Assembly (NCBI GenBank): GCA_043821645.1
Contig: JBDRCO010000072.1
Span: forward strand, 97,069-161,068
Source of the DNA: Pseudomonadota bacterium
Lineage (GTDB): Bacteria > Myxococcota > JACRCW01 > JAFGSX01
DNA length: 64,000 nucleotides
Direction of reading: 5' to 3'
Shown here in pieces: positions 58,003 to 64,000 of the stretch. Both the position numbers and the translations under genes were made by a program. Position 1 is the first letter of the stretch, and each line of letters starts with the position of its first letter. The notes under the pieces are model-generated. The model made no database searches. It was given only the letters and a program-made list of their open reading frames with translations, and was not told the DNA's origin.

Positions 58003-59043
58003 CTAACCCTCGCGTACCAGCTGGCGTAGCTTCTCGGCCTGCGATCCGCGGCCGATGACCACCAGCACGGAACCCTCCTGCAAGACCCACTGGCCTCCGG
58101 GGTTGTACTCGAACTCCTCCTCGCCCGGACTCCCCACGGCGATCACCAGCATGCCCGTGCGCTCACCGATGCGCAGGTCGCGAAGAGACTTGCCGATGGC
58201 ACCGGCAGCTGCAGGCACGATCACCTCATCAACGCGAATGGTCTTGTCGCGGCCTCGCAGCATGTTGTCCAGGAAGTTGACGACGTTGGGCCTGAGCAAC
58301 TGCGAGGCGATGCGCATGCCACCGATGAAGGCCGGCGAGACCACATAGTTGGCCCCGGCGCGCTTGAACTTGGCCTGGCTGTCGTGGTCCACGCACTTGG
58401 CCACGATGCGCATGTCCTGCTTGAGCAGGCGCGCGGTGATGACCAGGAAGAGGTTGTCCTTGTCCTCGTGCAGCACCGCCACCAGGCCGGATGCGCGCTG
58501 GATGCCAGCGGTCTCGAGCACGCTCTCATGGGTGGCATCACCGATGACGTGGAGCAGCTCGTGCTTGGTCTGGGTCTGGGCATGCTGGATCATCTGCAGG
58601 TTCTGCTCGACCACCACGAAGGGCACGTCCGCGGCGATCAGCTCGTGCATCACGTGGATGCCGGTCTCACCCACGCCGCACAGCACGTAGTGATCCTTGA
58701 GGACAGCGATCTTGCGTTGCATGGCGCGCTCCCGGAACAGCCGACGAAGGTGTCCCTCGACGATGAAGGCGGTGATCGTGGACACCGAGTACAGGGTGAC
58801 GCCCATGCCGGTGATGAGCAACACGATGGTGTAGGCCCGGCCCAGGTCGCTTTCCCCGGCGTGCAGCACATCGCCGTAACCCACCGTCGTCAGCGTGATG
58901 ACGGTCATGTAGACACATTCGAGAGGGGAGTAGCGGCCCGCGCCGATGACAAAGAAGCCCACGCTCCCTACCACGAACATGCTCGACAGCAGGAACAATG
59001 GCCTGAGCAGAGGTGCCAGTGGGTGGTGACGCAGCCAATCCAT
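58003..59043 (-). CDS. Potassium channel with TrkA-N/TrkA-C (RCK) domains
   Basis: TTVGYGD selectivity filter, CGVGETG Rossmann motif, GDAT, TrkA-C end. Confidence 0.93.
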   Translation of the reverse strand: MDWLRHHPLAPLLRPLFLLSSMFVVGSVGFFVIGAGRYSPLECVYMTVITLTTVGYGDVLHAGESDLGRAYTIVLLITGMGVTLYSVSTITAFIVEGHLRRLFRERAMQRKIAVLKDHYVLCGVGETGIHVMHELIAADVPFVVVEQNLQMIQHAQTQTKHELLHVIGDATHESVLETAGIQRASGLVAVLHEDKDNLFLVITARLLKQDMRIVAKCVDHDSQAKFKRAGANYVVSPAFIGGMRIASQLLRPNVVNFLDNMLRGRDKTIRVDEVIVPAAAGAIGKSLRDLRIGERTGMLVIAVGSPGEEEFEYNPGGQWVLQEGSVLVVIGRGSQAEKLRQLVREG

Positions 59044-59177
59044 GCGGCGATTCAACCTCGCGTGTCGTCGACGGAGCAGCAGTCTGCCAGAACGCACCGC
59101 GCGCGCAAGCAGCAGGCAGAATGCGCAAGGCCTCGGCGTCGCTTGCCTGCGCGAGGCCGCCGCGGTACGCAGACAGG

Positions 59178-60413
59178 ATGCGTCTGTGGCGTATACAGAC
59201 GGGTCGTCGCCTGGCACCCTTCGGGGAGTCCGTGGGTGAGCTCATCGTCGCCCCCGAGACCCTCGCCCGGCAGCAGGAGCGAACCTGCGCACGCCTCGGC
59301 ATCGAGCTCGAGGATGTGTCCGGATTGTTCCCCCTGGAGGTCGGACCCGGACTCATCCTGTTCGACGACGCCTTCGTCAACGAGGCGGCCCTCGATCACT
59401 TCGTGCAGCACACCCACGTGCCCGGCACCGCGGCCCTGTGCCTGGGCGACGATGCCCTGGGACGCTTTGTCCAGCCCGGGCTCGGCGGAGAAACCCTGTC
59501 AGGGCAGGCAGCGGTGGTGGGCTTGTTCGTGGTCGATCACCGGGTGGTGCAATCGGGCGGCGTGGCCCTGTGGCAGCAGCTGGTGCGCGAGGCCCGCCCG
59601 GTGCTGCTGGGCTCCGCTCCAAGCGAGCGCGAGCGCCTGCCCGGCTTCCCCTCGCGACAGCCCGTGCTCGAGATCCCCCGCGGCCAGGCCGTGGCGGCGC
59701 GGCTCACCCTGTGGCCGCAGCTGCTGTGGCTGAACCAGGCCCTGGCCTACGCGCGAGATCCCGCGCGCGAGCGCAGCGGCAACCAGATCGCCGGGGACGC
59801 CCGCGTGCACCCCACGGCCCACATCGAACATTCCAGCATCGGTCCTCGCACCGTGATCGAGGCGCACGCCACGGTGCACGACAGCATCCTGGGCGCCGAG
59901 TGCCATCTCGGCGATCACAGCGCGCTCACCGGCTGTGTCCTGGGCGACGGTTGCCAGACCCTGGCGGGTTCGCTGCTGCGGCGCGTGGTGGCCTTTCCCG
60001 GGGCGACCCTGTCCAGCCTGGGCCTCGACGAGGTGCTGGTGGGACGCCGGTCCTTTCTCACCACGGCCAGCATCTTCTTCGCCACCAGGCTCGGCGAGAA
60101 CCCCGAGGTCGAGATCGACGGTTCGGAGGTGGACTGCGGGCGCCCGCGCCTGGGTGGCTGTGTGGGCCACGATGTGGTGCTCGGAGCCCGGGCCATCTTC
60201 GAACCCGCGCGCGTGATCCCCAACGGCGCCACCGTGGTCATGCGGCCCGAGGAGGGCGTCGCGCGTATCGAGATCGAGGCCGGCGACGTGTGCTGCTGGG
60301 ACCAGGGCTCGCTGCGGCGGGTGGATAGGGTGTTTCCCTCGCATCAACCGCCGGAGCTCGACGATAATCCAGAACCGGGCCCTGCGGCAGCGGCCCGGGA
60401 GACACCGCGATGA
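59178..60413 (+). CDS. Hexapeptide-repeat (left-handed beta-helix) protein
   Basis: IAGDARVHPTAHIEHSSIGPRTVIEAHATVHDSILG... repeats. Confidence 0.75.
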   Translation: MRLWRIQTGRRLAPFGESVGELIVAPETLARQQERTCARLGIELEDVSGLFPLEVGPGLILFDDAFVNEAALDHFVQHTHVPGTAALCLGDDALGRFVQPGLGGETLSGQAAVVGLFVVDHRVVQSGGVALWQQLVREARPVLLGSAPSERERLPGFPSRQPVLEIPRGQAVAARLTLWPQLLWLNQALAYARDPARERSGNQIAGDARVHPTAHIEHSSIGPRTVIEAHATVHDSILGAECHLGDHSALTGCVLGDGCQTLAGSLLRRVVAFPGATLSSLGLDEVLVGRRSFLTTASIFFATRLGENPEVEIDGSEVDCGRPRLGGCVGHDVVLGARAIFEPARVIPNGATVVMRPEEGVARIEIEAGDVCCWDQGSLRRVDRVFPSHQPPELDDNPEPGPAAAARETPR

Positions 60414-61204
60414 GTTCACGCCTGCTTTTCCTGTGGATGCTCGCCAGCGTGCTCGTGGCCTGTCCAGAGCCTCCTTCGGGTTCCGACGCTGCGATCCCGC
60501 CGCAGAGCTGCAGTGCGGGCAGGTCCTACTGCGAGGGCCAGACGGCTGTGCAGTGTGACGACGACGGCCACCTCATCAGCGAGGAGATCTGCGGGGACTT
60601 CAGCACCTGCTGGGCCGGGCGCTGCGAGCCCAATGTGGTGTGCCGCCCGGGCGAGGACGTGTGTCTCGAAAACGCAGTGGTCACCTGCGACGCGCAGGGT
60701 CATGGCCTGCTGGAGCCCCTGCCCTGTGGCGACCAGCAGTGCTTCAACGGCCTGTGCGTGGACCCCGGCGCGAAGGCCTGCTTGCCCAACAGCCGCTTCT
60801 GCCGCGATGGCATGGCACATCTGTGCGATGCCACCGGCGACGGATGGCTGGGATCACCCGAGGACTGTGGAGAGGACCCGTGCATCAATGGCAGCTGCGC
60901 CGACCTCCTGTGCGAGGCCGGGCACGCCAGTTGCGAGGGCGAGGTCGCGCATACCTGCAACGCCTTTGGCACCGGCTTCACCGTGGCCCAGCAGTGCTAC
61001 GCCCCCCAGATCTGCCTGGCCGGCCGCTGCCGTCAGGTCGTGTGCACGCCAGGCCTGTCCTGCTCCGGCGATGATCGCATCACCTGCTCCGACGACGGCA
61101 TGCAGATCGTGGATCGCCAGCCCTGCGGCCACGGTCAGTGTGTCGACGGCACCTGCGTGTCCACGGACGCCGGAACCACCGACGCCACGGCCGAGGATCA
61201 CTGA
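60410..61204 (+). CDS. Cys-rich repeat lipoprotein
   Basis: LVAC lipobox; about five C..G...C.G.....C..DG......C....C..G.C units; ATGA overlap. Confidence 0.82.
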   Translation: MSSRLLFLWMLASVLVACPEPPSGSDAAIPPQSCSAGRSYCEGQTAVQCDDDGHLISEEICGDFSTCWAGRCEPNVVCRPGEDVCLENAVVTCDAQGHGLLEPLPCGDQQCFNGLCVDPGAKACLPNSRFCRDGMAHLCDATGDGWLGSPEDCGEDPCINGSCADLLCEAGHASCEGEVAHTCNAFGTGFTVAQQCYAPQICLAGRCRQVVCTPGLSCSGDDRITCSDDGMQIVDRQPCGHGQCVDGTCVSTDAGTTDATAEDH

Positions 61205-61208
61205 TCCC

Positions 61209-62447
61209 TCACCCGGCCCGCACCAGCAGTCCCCTCACCCGCTCCGCGATGGGCGGATGGGTGTAGTACAGCGCCGCGTACCAGGGATGCGGATTCAGGT
61301 TGGCCAGGTTGTCGGTGGCCAGGTTGCGCAGAGCCCGGGCCAGGGGACCACCGTCGCCGAGCAGCGCCACCGCGTCGTCGTCGGCCTGCCGCTCGTCGCG
61401 CCTGGACAGCCAGCTAGCCACCGGCGTGACGAGGTCGCTCGCCACCGACAGCACCACTCCCGAGATCACCAGGCGTCCAAGCAGTGACGCGTGCTCCAGC
61501 CCGACCAGGGCCGGGAGAGCGGGCCAGGCGACGAGCTGCCACAGACCCAGGCAGGTCACCCCAGTGGTCGCGATCACCAGCAAGAGCTTGCGCAGCACGT
61601 GGCGACGCCGCCAGTGCCCGAGCTCGTGGGCCAGCACCGCCAGGATCTCGTCGCGCGCCAGGGTGGTCAGCAGGGTGTCGTAGAGCACCACCCGCTTCAT
61701 CCGACCAATTCCCGTGAAGTAGGCATTGGCATGGCGGCTGCGGCGCGAGGCATCGACCTGTAACACCCGCGACACCTTGCAGCCGGCCTTGTGCGCCAGT
61801 GCCTCGATGTCCCGCCGCAGGTCGTCGTCCTGCACCGGCGTGTGCACGTTGAACAAGGGCTCGATGACGACGGGAGCGAGGTAGATCATCAACACGCTCA
61901 GCCCGACCACGAACAGCCACAGCGCGATCCACCACACCCGCGGGAACCATGAGATCAGCAGCAGCCCGCCCACCAGCACGATCGAACCCAGGATCGCAGA
62001 CAGGGCCAGGCCCTTGAGCTGATCGGCCAGCCACAGCCTCGGCGTCGTGGTGTTGAAGCCAAAGCGCGTCTCGATGCCAAAGGTGCGGATGCCCCCGAAG
62101 GGCAGGCCGAGGATCATCTCGAAGAGGAGCAGGATCCCGCAGAAGATCAGCCCGGACGGGATCAGGTGCAGCTGCAGCGACTCTATCCAGGCATCGTAGG
62201 CACCGAGCACCCCACCGAACAGGAAGATCGCGGCCAGCAAGGCACCGATCGCATCCTCGATCAGGCCCAGGCGGCCCCGCGCCAGGGTGTAGGCGGAGAC
62301 GCGGCGCAGCTGATCACCTGCGATCGCGCTCTCGAAACCGGCGGGGACGCGATCTCCATGCTGCCGCAGGTGGCGCAGGTTCAGCACGCGCAGACCCATG
62401 CCCAGCAGCCAGATCACGAAAACCAGACCCAAGCTTGCGTGCGCCAT
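61209..62447 (-). CDS. M48 family (Ste24-like) membrane metallopeptidase
   Basis: NAYFTG, DTLL, AVLAHELGH, ERQAD, THPP..ER; multiple TMs. Confidence 0.93.
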   Translation of the reverse strand: MAHASLGLVFVIWLLGMGLRVLNLRHLRQHGDRVPAGFESAIAGDQLRRVSAYTLARGRLGLIEDAIGALLAAIFLFGGVLGAYDAWIESLQLHLIPSGLIFCGILLLFEMILGLPFGGIRTFGIETRFGFNTTTPRLWLADQLKGLALSAILGSIVLVGGLLLISWFPRVWWIALWLFVVGLSVLMIYLAPVVIEPLFNVHTPVQDDDLRRDIEALAHKAGCKVSRVLQVDASRRSRHANAYFTGIGRMKRVVLYDTLLTTLARDEILAVLAHELGHWRRRHVLRKLLLVIATTGVTCLGLWQLVAWPALPALVGLEHASLLGRLVISGVVLSVASDLVTPVASWLSRRDERQADDDAVALLGDGGPLARALRNLATDNLANLNPHPWYAALYYTHPPIAERVRGLLVRAG

Positions 62448-62458
62448 GCGATCTGCCC

Positions 62459-63247
62459 TCAGCGCCGCGATGGCTTGAGGGGCCTCAGCTCGCGAGCGGG
62501 CCGCGCTTCCCGGGCGATCTCGGCCCGCAGCTTCTTGGCCTTGCCTCCCTGCCCCGAGCGCTCGTACAGATCCGCGAGTTGCTGACGGAAGCTGAGATTG
62601 TCGGGGAACCGCCGTGCCATCAGCTCCAGGGTACGTTCGGCATGCTCGATGTCGCCCTGCCGTTCTGCCAGGCGGGCAGCCCCCAGCCCGGCTGCGGTGT
62701 TGTCGGGGTTGAGACTGTAGGCACGGTCAAAGGCCTCGCGCGCAGGCTTGAGGGCGCCGCTGATCTCCTCGAGCAGGGCCAGGCGATACAGGGCATCGGG
62801 ATACGAGCTGCGGTAGCTCAGGGCAGCGCGATAGGCCTTGCGCGCGGCCGCTTCGCGCCCGAAATTTTCGTGAAACAGACCCAGTGCGTAGTGCACCCGG
62901 GGATTGCTTGGGGCCAGCTGCCGCGCCTTCTCCAGAGGCCGCGCGATCGCAGCCTCGTCCTGGTTGAGCACCATGCGACAGCTCGCCTCCTCGAGGTGGG
63001 CGATGGCCCAGCCCGGATACAGGGCCGTTGCAGCCTCGAAGTAGGGGAGAGCCTGGCCATGCTTGCCCTCGGCTGCGAGGGTCCGACCCGCCAGGAGTTT
63101 TTCCTCGGCAGTGGCCATGTCCTCGGGGCTGCTGGGAGGAACCTTGGTCGGGGCGGATTCGACTGGCGGGGCCGTCTGCTCATCGCCGCCATGGGCGCAG
63201 GCCAAGGCCAGCGCCACCAGCAAGGCCAGTGTGAGCGCGACACGCAT
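62459..63247 (-). CDS. TPR-repeat lipoprotein
   Basis: LALAC lipobox, TPR units. Confidence 0.85.
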   Translation of the reverse strand: MRVALTLALLVALALACAHGGDEQTAPPVESAPTKVPPSSPEDMATAEEKLLAGRTLAAEGKHGQALPYFEAATALYPGWAIAHLEEASCRMVLNQDEAAIARPLEKARQLAPSNPRVHYALGLFHENFGREAAARKAYRAALSYRSSYPDALYRLALLEEISGALKPAREAFDRAYSLNPDNTAAGLGAARLAERQGDIEHAERTLELMARRFPDNLSFRQQLADLYERSGQGGKAKKLRAEIAREARPARELRPLKPSRR

Positions 63248-63274
63248 CAGATCATGATTACCACGTGTGGTCGT

Positions 63275-63310
63275 AAAACAAAAAAAACCCCCTCACTCGC
63301 GTGAGGGGGT
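63275..63310 (-). terminator. Rho-independent terminator of the rRNA operon
   Basis: ACCCCCTCAC-GCGA-GTGAGGGGGT hairpin followed by a T-run on the minus strand. Confidence 0.92.
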
Positions 63311-63321
63311 CTACAAAAAGC

Positions 63322-63438
<117 letters not shown>

Positions 63439-63575
63439 CCCTGAACCGATGAGGCCATCGGTTGCTGGCAATTTCCGGATATAAAGACGCACGCTGCAAG
63501 CGCTCGGGTTCGTTCTCAAGATCCTTACCTTGACCTCTGCCCTCATACTCCCGAAAGAGCATGAGGTAAAAAGAG

Positions 63576-64000
<425 letters not shown>

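Overview
GC-rich, gene-dense chromosomal segment that looks like Myxococcota (MYXO-CTERM tails, PEGA/Cys-rich lipoproteins, TIGR02266-type PilZ, MglA-like GTPases, AgmX-like protein). It holds about 50 CDS and ends in the 3' end of an rRNA operon (23S fragment, 5S, terminator; minus strand). I found no CRISPR array, tRNA or mobile element. The clearest hidden signal is a gene the ORF track splits in two: 16394..17458(-) reads through an in-frame UGA in a C-G-U motif, followed by a bacterial SECIS-like hairpin. It is a probable exported UshA-like selenoprotein directly behind an isolated nuoE-nuoF pair. Other notable points: (1) a cluster of three putative c-di-GMP receptors (two ATPase-less MshEN proteins, one with a ~1,200-aa acidic disordered linker, plus a PilZ protein); (2) a TonB receptor/periplasmic binding protein/histidine kinase/sigma54-activator operon with a divergent, probably sigma54-driven repeat lipoprotein; (3) a DAG kinase/App1 phosphatase/choline kinase lipid cluster behind an enhancer-IHF-sigma54 promoter; (4) a frameshift that separates a secreted glycosidase from its MYXO-CTERM anchor; (5) two convergent MglA-like GTPases with no adjacent mglB. 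All calls come from motif reading by eye; no database searches were run, and several start codons are uncertain.
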